Source: an uncultured Clostridia bacterium (GTDB lineage Bacteria; Bacillota; Clostridia; Christensenellales; DTU072). Taken from it: 64,000 nt of DNA. The DNA lies in the NCBI GenBank assembly GCA_944363505.1, contig CALVUD010000002.1:82290-146289 (forward strand). Reading direction: 5' to 3'. Made by a program: the position numbers and the translations under genes. Below the pieces are notes generated by a model. That model saw nothing but the letters and a program-made list of their open reading frames with translations, made no database searches and had not been told where the DNA came from. Shown here piece after piece: positions 43,301-53,226 of this stretch (position 1 is its first letter; each line of letters begins with the position of its first letter).

Positions 43301-46300
43301 GCCGAAATCGACCGAAGCGATGTCGTCCAGATATTCTATCGAAGCTTCGGGCAGACTGCCGAGCGCGAGGTTCAGTTCGGCTTTTATGACGAAATAAACT
43401 CCGAACGCTTCACCCGAATAATTATCGGTATTGATATTGACCAGAACGTAATATCTGCCCGCTTCGGTGGCGCCGTTCATGGTAACGGCAACATACTCCT
43501 CGGCAACGCCGTCCCCATCCGAATCGTATTCGAATATCTCCCCGTCGCCGACATAGCCTTCGGGCTTTAATATATAATAGGTAAAACTGATCGTTACGCT
43601 GTCGGAGGGAACCGCGTCGGGAATTTCTCCCTCGTGAACGGGTACGGGCAATATCGTAACATCGGGATTGTCGTATCTGGTTCCGAACGTTCTGTAAACC
43701 GCGTCGCTAAGCTCGGATTCGTCGAAATAGTCGCCCGCGTTCAGATCTGCTTCCGTCAGATCGCCCGAGGGAACAAACGTTATACCGACGTGGCGCTTTT
43801 CGATGAAAATACCGATTTTCGCGTTAGTCGAAGTCATATAGCGTTTTGTAAACTCGGGATCGGTTTCTCCCGTTTGGGAATTTCTTCCCGGAACGAACAT
43901 ACAGTCGACCTGCCTCTCCCCGCCCGAAAGCACGAGTTCCTGCATGCCGGAAAGCACCGTCAGAGAATATTCGTCCGGGGCAAACACGTATCCGCCCGCG
44001 CTGACCGTACCTTCGAACTTCGCTTCCTTGACCGCCTGTCCGTAAACGAGGTCGGAAAGTCTCATTCCCGAAAAGTCCGCCGTCGCCCTTACGACGTAAA
44101 TGTTCACGGTCTCGGCATAAGTCGCGTAGTTGTAATCGGGAACGAAAACGCCGTTATCGTCGTAAGAACCCGCCTGCCAGAATATTCTGACGGTATGCGG
44201 CATTATGCGGTTTGAGTCGTTATAGTATAAAACGTCGAGCACGGGGTTACCGTTCACCGACGAAACATATCCGTTCCCCACCCTCTCGGCGTATTCGGTC
44301 TCGTTTTCGAAGAAGAATCTGCCGCTGACCAAAGTAGCGCCCGATACCATGGTGTACCGCACGATGCCGTCGCCGTCTATCACGTTGTCGGTCGCCCATG
44401 CAAGCGTCAGTCCGTATTCCATATGACCCGTGCCGCGAGTGGTCCCGTCCAACGACACGTTGGCGTAGTTTTGTTCCAAAGTGGGGATAGTGACGTTCAG
44501 TCCGTTTGCCGAGGACGCCTGTTCCACCGTCATTTGCACATAGACTCCGCCGTAATAGTTGTCGTTGGAAATTTCCGCGTAAAGCAGATAAATTCCCGCG
44601 CCGAAAGCGTTCGAAGCGATTATCGGCAGTCCTGCGACGTATTCCGGGTCTTCTGCGGCAACGGGGTTTCCGTCGTAATCGAAACGGGAGGAACGCCAAA
44701 CGGAATAAACCGTCTGCAATCCGCTGACGGAGTTACCGGATACATCCGTGTAAACGTACGAAGCGGTTTCCAGATGACCCAAAACGTAATTTACCGCACC
44801 GTTTACGGGATAAGTTTCGCCCTCCACTACCAGTTCGCCGGTAAAGCCGGCGTCGCCGTAATTCGGATCGAGAGTTACCGTAAGGAGCTGTTTGTTGATG
44901 CGCAGCCGGTACAGATACGTTTCGGAGGTGTAATTCCCTCCGCGCGGATTTACGACGACCCTGACGTCGTATTCGCCCGCGATCGACGGATAATTAATCG
45001 AATAACTGCCGTCTCCCTCGGAAACGCTCTTGAATTCGACGTACAGAGTGTATTCTTCGGAGACGAGGTCTGTCAGCCCGATCTCCAAAAACGCGTTGAA
45101 GTACGGCTGTTTCGCCAGTCCGTCGTATTCGTAAACGAAAGTTCCGGGATTGCCGTCCTCGCCGGGAACGTAACTGCCGCCCGACGCTTCCACCGATTCG
45201 GCATCGGCGTCCAGATAAACCTGCTTGGGATTTACGGTAACGGTTAAATTGTACCTGACGGAAGCATAGTTTCCGTAATGCTTGCCGCCCGACTTCAACG
45301 TATAAACGGTAGAACCGCCCGTAGCGGATTCGGTATAGAAGTAATTGAAAAATTCGGCAAAATATTTGCTTATCGTTGCGTCGGAGAACAACGACAGGTC
45401 TACGGGCATGAATTCTACGGAAATATTCAATGTGCCGCCCTGCGGCTTTAAGTACTCCGCGGACCCCTGAGCGGGCGAAACTATCCTGTACGTTCCGTAA
45501 ACGCCGCCCGCGGTAAGATAGTAAGTTACCCCTTCTATTTCGACAGTACCCCAGAAGTTGCTGCCTTCGACGTTATACTGGTTGCCTTCCGCAATAATGA
45601 CGTTAGTGGAAGTATAGCTTGCGAATTTCACCGCATCCAGAGAATCCAGATAGGTTATCGCGTCCATAACGTGCACGCCGTTGACAGCCGGCGCGGCTTT
45701 ATCGATATAGAATCTGCCTATGGTTTCGCCGTAATAATCGGACTCCGTCGACGCGTTGACGTACATTCTGTAGAAATAATTGCCTGCGTCGATATAGCCT
45801 TCGGAACTTGCCGAAGCGAGGTCCAGCGCATAGAAAGACCTCGTCGCCAGAGTGTCGTTACCCGCTACGCCCGTCCAGTTGCTCTGCGCTTCGAACACGT
45901 AATATTCGGAGTCCTCGAATGATATGACCGTGCCCGCGGAAGTATAGCTGTTCATGGAAGTGTCCGAGGGAACCTCGAGTATCCGCGTTCCGTCCGCCAG
46001 CTCTATCCATCCGCCCGTGGTGATGTTGCCGCCCGAAGCGTTGGAATAGTACGTCAGCGTAAGTTCTTTGTAATAGTTCACACCCAGAGAGGGTTTGACT
46101 CCGTCCAGTCTGTTTCCCGTATCAGCCGCCGTGATGGTAACGTTGTCGGTATCCAAAACGATCGGACGCGAAGTATAAGTATAGGAAAGATTGTTTGGTT
46201 GGATATTGATACGCTGACGGAAATAGACGATTATCGGCCTGTCGAGTTCCGTCGAATCGCTCCACCACATGTCCGTGACGGAAAGCGTGATGTCGAGATA

Positions 46301-48316
46301 CTTGTATTGCGTGCCGCCCTCGGTAAAGGTATTCAAAGTTATGCTGTAACTGCCGCTTCCCCCCTGCATGGTATAACCCGTTATTTCGTAATAGTTATAC
46401 TGCTCCGGCCGCAATATGATGCGCACGGTGATGTAGTTTACCCTCACCGTGGAATAAGCGCGTCGGTCGGCGCTGAAATCTGCCGTCGGCACGCCCGGCG
46501 CAACGTTGCATATGCCGTTGACGTCGTGATAGTCTGCGCCCGCGAAAACGTACACGTTGGCGTAGCGCGTATAGTTATTGTATCCCGTGGTGTTGGATGC
46601 GGGCTGGAACTGCCCCGCGGGTGTATCGAACAATGCGTAAACGTTGCGTTTCGTGTTGTCGATTTTCACAACGCCCCTGCCCAGTCCCGCGTTTGCCGAG
46701 GCATATAGCGTGAATCCCGAAACGTTGCCCGCGGAGTCCACCGCCGCGAGTACCAGTCCCCATGTGCCCGGTTCGTTGAACACGAGAGCGCTTTTGCCGA
46801 CCTGCGTTTCGTTCGTAAACACCCCCAGTTGTTGTCTGGTGGCGCTGAACTGCTGAGTACCTATCTGATACGTCAGATTATGGACGGGATCCGAAGGATT
46901 GTTCGAAGGCGTAAAATCGTAATTCGTAATGCTGATATTGGAGTTCGACGTGTTGCTCCTGACGATAAACGCATAAACATACTCCTCCGCGCTCGCGTAC
47001 TTCGCTACGGTGGAATCGAAAGTTGCGTTCGAATACTCCAGGATTATCGAGTTCGAAGCCGTGTACCAGCCGCCCGCGGTAATCGTCTGACCGAGAGCCG
47101 AGGTCTGTGAAATTACGGGCGCGGAAGGACCGGAGGCGTCCACTCTCAGCGAGATATACTGACCCGACGAAGTATTGGTCAGATCGGAACTGTTGAAATA
47201 CGTGATTTCTCCGTTTTCGTCCATACCCGACGGGAAGAGCGGCACGATGTTCAACACCCCGCCCGAAGCGTTCGCGGCGCCCTGCTGTACCACGAACGTA
47301 ACGCTGTACCCGTAATAGGTATAGTTCTGCTGAGTCATGGCTTCGTCGCCTTTATAAAAAGTCTGACCGTCCTTGAATCGCAGATACGAAGTGGTGGAAT
47401 TGGGATTGTTCCCTACGAACGTGCGCCAGAATACGCTCGCGTTTTCACCGAAATAGCCGAATGCCGCCGTAAAACTGTGATGGAAATCCACCGGGGTCTG
47501 ATCGGCGGAATACGTAACGGCGAGCGAAAGCGTTACTTCATCGCCCGGCTTGACGAACAGTTTATTGTTGATTTCCGTGCGCGTATTGCCGTAGTTGATG
47601 TTCGAATAGGAAACGGTTGAGCGGTTGGCACCCGAAACGGTCAAAGCCACGGAGTTGCCCACAACGCTGGCAGACGCCGCTTTCACGTAAGAAGTTATCG
47701 TTACCCTTGCCGAGGAAATGGTGGCGTTCCCCGAAACCGGAGTTATCGTGGCGACGACGGTATCCCCTGCCGCCAAGCCGTTGAAATCGGCAACGTCCAG
47801 CTCCAGACTCACCTGACCGCTGACCCCGGAAACGCTCGACTGAACGTATGCGCCGCCGGGCGCCGTAACGATATTTCCGTTTACGTTCTTGTAAGATAAG
47901 GACACGTTACACGAAGATGTAACCGTGGCGTTGAATGTGAAGATAACCGCTATGTCGGGATTATATATCGAATATGCGACCTCGTAACCTTTTTCGTAGT
48001 TCGAAAACAATCCCGTGGTATTGTTGGTATTGTAATAATTCTCGTTTGCGGGAAGCTCTACCGTAAACGAGGCGGGATCCGACGCGGACGCCGTTACCGT
48101 CTGGGAACCTGTCTGGAAATTGTTGATGCCGAAAACGGGTTTCGCGATAGTCCCGCCCGAAGCGGCAAACGCCGCGACGTTATCCGACGGCGAAGTCGCC
48201 CCGAACAAAAGAGACGACACCGCAATCAGAACGGCGACACAGACCGCGACGAATACGAGCGAAGCTCTCGTAAAGGAATATGTACTCGAATTGGAATTAC
48301 GCTTGAATTTCGGCAT
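37379..48316 (-). CDS. Giant (3645 aa) membrane-anchored repeat surface protein / putative adhesin with MBG-like and YDG-like domains
   Basis: Signal peptide; many PxxAGxYxVxxxxxDxNYxG modules alternating with IxYGxxLxxxxxGG..GxFx..FxPxDxxNY modules; KAYDG domain; C-terminal TM with basic tail. Confidence 0.88.
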   Translation of the reverse strand: MPKFKRNSNSSTYSFTRASLVFVAVCVAVLIAVSSLLFGATSPSDNVAAFAASGGTIAKPVFGINNFQTGSQTVTASASDPASFTVELPANENYYNTNNTTGLFSNYEKGYEVAYSIYNPDIAVIFTFNATVTSSCNVSLSYKNVNGNIVTAPGGAYVQSSVSGVSGQVSLELDVADFNGLAAGDTVVATITPVSGNATISSARVTITSYVKAASASVVGNSVALTVSGANRSTVSYSNINYGNTRTEINNKLFVKPGDEVTLSLAVTYSADQTPVDFHHSFTAAFGYFGENASVFWRTFVGNNPNSTTSYLRFKDGQTFYKGDEAMTQQNYTYYGYSVTFVVQQGAANASGGVLNIVPLFPSGMDENGEITYFNSSDLTNTSSGQYISLRVDASGPSAPVISQTSALGQTITAGGWYTASNSIILEYSNATFDSTVAKYASAEEYVYAFIVRSNTSNSNISITNYDFTPSNNPSDPVHNLTYQIGTQQFSATRQQLGVFTNETQVGKSALVFNEPGTWGLVLAAVDSAGNVSGFTLYASANAGLGRGVVKIDNTKRNVYALFDTPAGQFQPASNTTGYNNYTRYANVYVFAGADYHDVNGICNVAPGVPTADFSADRRAYSTVRVNYITVRIILRPEQYNYYEITGYTMQGGSGSYSITLNTFTEGGTQYKYLDITLSVTDMWWSDSTELDRPIIVYFRQRINIQPNNLSYTYTSRPIVLDTDNVTITAADTGNRLDGVKPSLGVNYYKELTLTYYSNASGGNITTGGWIELADGTRILEVPSDTSMNSYTSAGTVISFEDSEYYVFEAQSNWTGVAGNDTLATRSFYALDLASASSEGYIDAGNYFYRMYVNASTESDYYGETIGRFYIDKAAPAVNGVHVMDAITYLDSLDAVKFASYTSTNVIIAEGNQYNVEGSNFWGTVEIEGVTYYLTAGGVYGTYRIVSPAQGSAEYLKPQGGTLNISVEFMPVDLSLFSDATISKYFAEFFNYFYTESATGGSTVYTLKSGGKHYGNYASVRYNLTVTVNPKQVYLDADAESVEASGGSYVPGEDGNPGTFVYEYDGLAKQPYFNAFLEIGLTDLVSEEYTLYVEFKSVSEGDGSYSINYPSIAGEYDVRVVVNPRGGNYTSETYLYRLRINKQLLTVTLDPNYGDAGFTGELVVEGETYPVNGAVNYVLGHLETASYVYTDVSGNSVSGLQTVYSVWRSSRFDYDGNPVAAEDPEYVAGLPIIASNAFGAGIYLLYAEISNDNYYGGVYVQMTVEQASSANGLNVTIPTLEQNYANVSLDGTTRGTGHMEYGLTLAWATDNVIDGDGIVRYTMVSGATLVSGRFFFENETEYAERVGNGYVSSVNGNPVLDVLYYNDSNRIMPHTVRIFWQAGSYDDNGVFVPDYNYATYAETVNIYVVRATADFSGMRLSDLVYGQAVKEAKFEGTVSAGGYVFAPDEYSLTVLSGMQELVLSGGERQVDCMFVPGRNSQTGETDPEFTKRYMTSTNAKIGIFIEKRHVGITFVPSGDLTEADLNAGDYFDESELSDAVYRTFGTRYDNPDVTILPVPVHEGEIPDAVPSDSVTISFTYYILKPEGYVGDGEIFEYDSDGDGVAEEYVAVTMNGATEAGRYYVLVNINTDNYSGEAFGVYFVIKAELNLALGSLPEASIEYLDDIASVDFGSVSLTHAPAGGVASSFTGTFTVYYVDESGTEYSSYVALPVNEFDESGLSNTLVRFTPAADADSYYRNFRPFESDYRLVVTRKDISSSIVIAADEDSDDVLSFVFNNRDRVGSDIVATASYADEVAGDVFTATFVYEKLFGSESVSEVKNAGEYVVTAVVKDNDRFCGEKSVSVIISPSSVSVEQLVPDTGTYAVLEQKYNGSAYSFVPVFGFTDEPITGIDTSNFAYKVSYSYYTGATMSFAPVNIGRYIVKVELNEQNYALVGMSSGFVQIVPDVAGIGNALQTYAPPDTTMRIEAVYPIYNPDVLSHPSPAYDVKYEIDGVYSYAVPTESGSYNVKIVYTENGLSEWSYDGVMTIEPYAVVFSFPEAGYSYGYTGSEISLASKIELPHNITAAEYKYFAEGVEIAGVPVDAGEYEVTVTLTDPNYSGEGRTTLTVTPAAVRIMTSLGLVDVPFNTSVEDVNAILQSRLENVTVVFETTGAAVKGVFTLADGTDISGYRVGIYSVDITFRPESQNFLPNTVSANVNVIKKDLSEYIVIDAEILEDEFGYYIEREYSGSGVNVRAKLNDEGLALIMKEYGTVSVSVFYDNSSVAPVEVGEYVVTAEVNDSNYGGYYSGVVNAESGEIRDLTLRVEKCAPRLELDGISYIYHNGSDYVIESTYPAGQPFTVSNIYSNSIFAYRGSSDATVSGKWVLDVEGGEITFDKANENYVGIWFEPTDQDRYVSVYATLKVMVNKTPVDNLGASVILTYPGGASSAGYGVSLKDIGITLADGSAAYGIGTVAWADPDFVPGVGEAVEYVFTPFEEYYDTYNVTRGKVIPVIDRAPMSIEAFAYIFTGAELAPASVHIVFRAVDAEGYPVEGVEYTVTETTGSATEFKAGGYLDGVTAEVRFSHPNYVLSEAGVSGDVLSLRVFAYTELTEANHSSGKYYDGIPADMEALELVAIGSEYVLRYDDYKLVSLKKDGVEIAPDFSNMVSAGVYTVTVEIFENGKISENGLYHMGTYFGRFTFDYTIERLDLSDYIRVSGNHKTYAEDIPLEVTVEGYDVDDAYVTVEYLSFDRTTSYGALQPANAGSYWVVVSLTGNDYYTGSREFEYVVYKRNATATFIYLSGSSSYTFEYNASGGYESLIQVSLSNNLTSKDYKLYYIDPTTGNRFESGYFPGNIGTYTVVVEIDNVNYQGSASATVTIVAAAVTIESVPSLSDIIYGSNLGSSRVTGGVALSNSREVKGTFTFSDPSLKPEVGRHSVTMIFVPDSSNYSSVQCLATVTVNKSPVSLELLTNLLTYNGEHQIPALNSTLSFRYSLTNAAGATVYQAIDAGVYRIHVEITDPNYVGETDAEFTIQKAKLLVGLSEMPSASAVRYGASLSSGTFSGGSMVYVSGKGAVSGTFSYVTPSIVLGDVGVYEGVEFKFEPNDSANYDAYYGTLSVEVIKTVATIYVAGNTNFVYGDAITSPVFTTSPANMTVINDEAFADFASSVPVVGTYPFKASISDKNYEGEVSYVVTITKRPLGLSYYIVHEGTTSLTESYVYYYGSTSPVVPRINSEDMLPGDESQLTSLQSRILVYYYPAGADPTGSSGSLSVPSAVADYVAVATMDDANYYLAAESASISYSIRRGTVSSISFDHTSLSTQIYGSVTMPTVVTSPAGVNVVVRFEGYDTNVMPTAVGEYTVTAEVVDSNYMPTTQRATFRILPKEISIENLRAYGKAYDGLPDIEVTGTLGGVLVGDEVTLHLTATTKGGVSEVGTHQVILTGWSLSGLHAGNYTLREPVYALSATISTNTVRDPATDSYITSEGGFSSNITVSFSEIYDTVNATNLFTRLFGQKATVQVIEIKENGLTTVLKDRVKFYVRIPDEYLECKNLVVEGLGNLADVTGFTREGNYITFYANSSGEIVFYTNDFPYWVIIVIAVVAIIILGAIVIFITAPIRKRKRVSKGARKIYGWRENSGSVEEAYKRKVKAQIEERKRKWRY

Positions 48317-48363
48317 TCGTAAACCTCGTAAACAATCAATAATACGCGCTCCCGCGCTGTATA

Positions 48364-48393
48364 TATATTAAAATATAAGTAGCGCGCTGTCAA
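48364..48393 (-). promoter_or_regulatory. SigA-like promoter of the giant-protein operon
   Basis: TTGACA, 17 nt, TAATAT on the minus strand; SD GAGG before ATG 48316. Confidence 0.55.
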
Positions 48394-48463
48394 TGGCGAT
48401 TCGGATAATTTACTTTTTTTATCTCCGGTCGAAGCCGATGAATAACGATAAAGGCAGACCCGC

Positions 48464-49240
48464 TCACCTGAGCGAGTAAGCCATTAAACAAACGGCATAG
48501 CGCAAAACGGCTTCGAACTCGTCTGCGGAGAAGGCTCCCGACACCACGGAATCGGCAGCCGAAAAAAACGCGTCAGTCAACCCGCCGACTTTTTCCCTGT
48601 CTTCTTCGGGCGAAGAAGATTCTATCACTTCTTCTTTCAATATCAGCAAATCGTTCCGTACCTCAGTAAGCTCCGATACGGCGGTCGCTACGGAGACCGC
48701 GCCCGCAACGTATTCTTTCGAAACCGCGTTAAAGTCTCCGAGCGCTTTTTTCAGCCTCTTTTTCGCGTCGTCTGCGATCTTGGAGCCGATTCCGTCCAGA
48801 GCCGAATACGTCGCTTTTACCTCGACGATTTCCGTACCTGCATTTTTCTGCTTGACCGATTCCGCGTCGGAAGCGCTGAAATATGTAGCTAAAGCTACTA
48901 AATATTTGCCTTCGGACTCCATAATGAAACCTGCGCCCTTGTTTTCACGCACAATAGTAGCGTGTGCTACCGCTTCTGTTTCGGATTCGTGCTCGGAGGC
49001 TATCAGAAAATAATATACGTCCGCTCCGCCCGAGCCGAACCAGCTTTTTACCGACGACACGATAGCGCCGTCGGAAAAAAAGTTTGCCGCTATCAATGCA
49101 GCTACTGCCGGCAGAGCCGTCAGCAATACCAGCAACAGGTTCGACAAGCGTCCTTTTTTCTTCGCAAAGGAGCGCTCCGCGTAATTGTCGTCCTCCCCGC
49201 GATATCCGTTCCGATGAAAATAATACGGCGAATAGTCCAC
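48464..49240 (-). CDS. Single-TM protein with SPOR-like domain
   Basis: Basic N-terminus, TM, then YYFLIASEH.SETEA.....GAGFIM..GKYLVAL..Y....DA SPOR-like pattern and a helical C-terminus. Confidence 0.55.
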   Translation of the reverse strand: MDYSPYYFHRNGYRGEDDNYAERSFAKKKGRLSNLLLVLLTALPAVAALIAANFFSDGAIVSSVKSWFGSGGADVYYFLIASEHESETEAVAHATIVRENKGAGFIMESEGKYLVALATYFSASDAESVKQKNAGTEIVEVKATYSALDGIGSKIADDAKKRLKKALGDFNAVSKEYVAGAVSVATAVSELTEVRNDLLILKEEVIESSSPEEDREKVGGLTDAFFSAADSVVSGAFSADEFEAVLRYAVCLMAYSLR

Positions 49241-49245
49241 GCGTA

Positions 49246-49274
49246 TCTATATGTTCCGGGCGCCCCGCATATGC
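49246..49274 (-). promoter_or_regulatory. SigE-like sporulation promoter
   Basis: GCATATG-14 nt-CATATAGA, 5 nt before GTG 49240. Confidence 0.5.
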
Positions 49275-49284
49275 TTATATAAAT

Positions 49285-49310
49285 AAAAAGGAGCGCGTTT
49301 TACGCGCCCC
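49285..49310 (-). terminator. Terminator after dCMP deaminase
   Basis: GGGGCGCGT-aaa-ACGCGCTCC plus T5. Confidence 0.65.
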
Positions 49311-49347
49311 GCGGATGCTTTCCGAAATACGGTACACGATAACCGGG

Positions 49348-49803
49348 CTATTTCAGATCGGAGAACCTGACTATTTCCACGCCCGCCTTTTCGAACAGTT
49401 CAAGGCTGAAGTCGTCCGGGTAACCCAGATCGTACACCACCCTTTTTATACCCGAATTAATGATAAGTCTGGAACAGATACTGCACGGTTGATGGGTGCA
49501 ATACAAGGTCGCGCCTTCCAGGGACAGACCCAGTTTTGCCGCCTGGACGATGGCGTTCTGTTCGGCGTGAACGGCATAACACACTTCCTGACGCGTGCCG
49601 GACGGAATGCCCTGTTTGACTCGCAGACATTCGCCGCGCTCCACACAGCTCGATACTCCGGACGGCGCTCCGTTGTATCCGGTTGTCAGTATCCTTTTAT
49701 CCCTGACCACTACCGCGCCGACGCGCCTGTCGGGCTTATAGCAGGAGCTCCAGCCCGCGACGAGTTTTGCCATTTCCATAAATCTGTTATCCCATTTGTT
49801 CAT
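49348..49803 (-). CDS. dCMP deaminase / ComEB family
   Basis: TGYNG, HAEQNA, PCSIC Zn motifs; ATG 49803 with SD GAGG. Confidence 0.93.
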   Translation of the reverse strand: MNKWDNRFMEMAKLVAGWSSCYKPDRRVGAVVVRDKRILTTGYNGAPSGVSSCVERGECLRVKQGIPSGTRQEVCYAVHAEQNAIVQAAKLGLSLEGATLYCTHQPCSICSRLIINSGIKRVVYDLGYPDDFSLELFEKAGVEIVRFSDLK

Positions 49804-49882
49804 ATTGAAACCTCTATGCAATCATATCATATTTATAGCGTCGTTTCAACAAAAAATTTTCACAAATATATCGCTCGAGTAC

Positions 49883-49911
49883 TTGCAATATGGAAATTAT
49901 CGTGTTATAAT
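49883..49911 (+). promoter_or_regulatory. SigA promoter of groESL
   Basis: TTGCAA-17-TATAAT with extended TG. Confidence 0.8.
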
Positions 49912-49919
49912 GCACAATG

Positions 49920-49946
49920 TTAGCAGTCGGAGAGGTCGATTGCTAA
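49920..49946 (+). promoter_or_regulatory. CIRCE element (HrcA operator)
   Basis: TTAGCAGTC-N9-GATTGCTAA versus consensus TTAGCACTC-N9-GAGTGCTAA. Confidence 0.9.
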
Positions 49947-49974
49947 ATCTATAAGACAATCAGGAGGCAGTTAT

Positions 49975-50262
49975 ATGAAACTTATTCCTTTATTCGACAG
50001 AGTGGTCATACAGCATATCGAATCTCACGACACCACCGCCAGCGGCATCATTTTACCCAGCTCCGCACAGGAGAAACCGCAGATGGCAACCGTTATTTCC
50101 GTAGGCGAAGGCGGCGTTATCGACGGTAAAGAGATCAAAATGGTCGTTCGTCCCGGCGACGTGGTGCTTTACGGCAAGTACGCGGGTTCCGAATTCAAAA
50201 TCGACGGCGAAGAGTTCATCGTCATTCGCCAAAGCGACATTCTCGCCAAGGTCGAGAAATAA
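49975..50262 (+). CDS. groES: Co-chaperonin GroES
   Basis: PLFDRVV, TASGIILP, GDVVLYGKYAG. Confidence 0.98.
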   Translation: MKLIPLFDRVVIQHIESHDTTASGIILPSSAQEKPQMATVISVGEGGVIDGKEIKMVVRPGDVVLYGKYAGSEFKIDGEEFIVIRQSDILAKVEK

Positions 50263-50271
50263 TTTCCGTAA

Positions 50272-51915
<1,644 letters not shown>

Positions 51916-51929
51916 GATCGTTTTTAGCC

Positions 51930-51957
51930 GAAAAGCCGCCCTCGAAGGCGGCTTTTC
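51930..51957 (+). terminator. Terminator after groEL
   Basis: GAAAAGCCGCC-ctcgaa-GGCGGCTTTTC. Confidence 0.85.
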
Positions 51958-51972
51958 GCATATATTGGAGTT

Positions 51973-53154
51973 ATGAAGATATTCGAGCCGCTGAAAAAAA
52001 CTTTCATAAAGGACTATAAAAACGTTTCTTCCGCTTCCGTCAGATACCGTTACGGACTGCTGGCGGGAGTTTTCGGTATACTTACCAACGTCGTGCTTTT
52101 CGTAATGAAGATCGTCTTCGGTCTGATAGCCGGCTCGATCTCAGTGGTCGCGGACGCCGTGAACAACCTTTCCGACGCGGGTTCGTCGGGAGTTACGGTC
52201 GTGGGATTCAAGCTGAGCAACCGTCCGCCCGACAAGGAACATCCTTTCGGACACGCGCGCTACGAATACATCACGGGGCTGGTCGTGGCTTTTATAGTGC
52301 TGATCATCGGCGGCACGCTTTTGAAATCCTCTATCGAACGGATTATTTCCCCGGAATTGATAGAGGCTTCGGTATGGACGGCGGCGGTGCTGGTAATTTC
52401 GATATTCCTAAAAACGATACAGGGAATGTTATATACCGATTTCGGTAAAGCCATAAATTCCCCCTCGCTCAGCGCCTCCGCCACCGATTCCCGTAACGAC
52501 GTGATCTCGACGTCGCTCGTTCTCGTGTCCACGGTGGGAGCGATATTCCTGCCCGAAATTTTCTCGAAAGTGGACTCCTATCTCGGAATTGCGGTTTCGC
52601 TTTTCATTATCGTATCGGGCGTCAAGCTCGTTAAGGAAACCGTGGATCCCCTCCTCGGAGGCGTACCCGACAAAGAACTCGTCGCAAAGATCCGTGAAAA
52701 ATTCAAAGATTATCCCGAAATCCTCGGCACCCACGATCTGATGGTGCACAGCTACGGTCCGGGAAAGGTCTTTGCGACCATTCACGCCGAAGTGGAAGCG
52801 GATACGGACGTATTGCTGTCGCACGACCTTATCGACAATATAGAGCGCGACTTTCAGCGCGACGGAATATTCATGGTCATTCACATGGACCCCATTGTTA
52901 CTTCGGACCCCGAAATCGCCATGCTACGCGACAGAGTTTACGAAGTGCTTCAAGCGGCGTACGGCGACAAACTTTCGCTGCACGATTTCCGTATGGTCAA
53001 GGGCATAACGCATACCAACGTGCTGTTCGACGCCGTTGTTCCTTTCGACGAAAAGATCACTGCGGAGGACATCGCGGCGCTGCTGTCCGAAAAGATAGAT
53101 TCGGGCGGCACGACTTATTATTATGTGGTGAACATCGACCGCAGCTACGTTTAA
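51973..53154 (+). CDS. Cation diffusion facilitator family transporter
   Basis: DAVNNLSD, HPFGHARYEY, DSRND, HDLMVHSYG, IHMDP. Confidence 0.93.
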   Translation: MKIFEPLKKTFIKDYKNVSSASVRYRYGLLAGVFGILTNVVLFVMKIVFGLIAGSISVVADAVNNLSDAGSSGVTVVGFKLSNRPPDKEHPFGHARYEYITGLVVAFIVLIIGGTLLKSSIERIISPELIEASVWTAAVLVISIFLKTIQGMLYTDFGKAINSPSLSASATDSRNDVISTSLVLVSTVGAIFLPEIFSKVDSYLGIAVSLFIIVSGVKLVKETVDPLLGGVPDKELVAKIREKFKDYPEILGTHDLMVHSYGPGKVFATIHAEVEADTDVLLSHDLIDNIERDFQRDGIFMVIHMDPIVTSDPEIAMLRDRVYEVLQAAYGDKLSLHDFRMVKGITHTNVLFDAVVPFDEKITAEDIAALLSEKIDSGGTTYYYVVNIDRSYV

Positions 53155-53176
53155 TACGATACGCTTGCGATACGAT

Positions 53177-53205
53177 AAAAAGCGACGCTTCGGCGCCGCT
53201 TTTTT
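53177..53205. terminator. Bidirectional terminator
   Basis: A5-GCGACGC-TTCG-GCGCCGC-T6 between convergent genes. Confidence 0.75.
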
Positions 53206-53226
53206 GAATTCATACGTCATTTCGTA

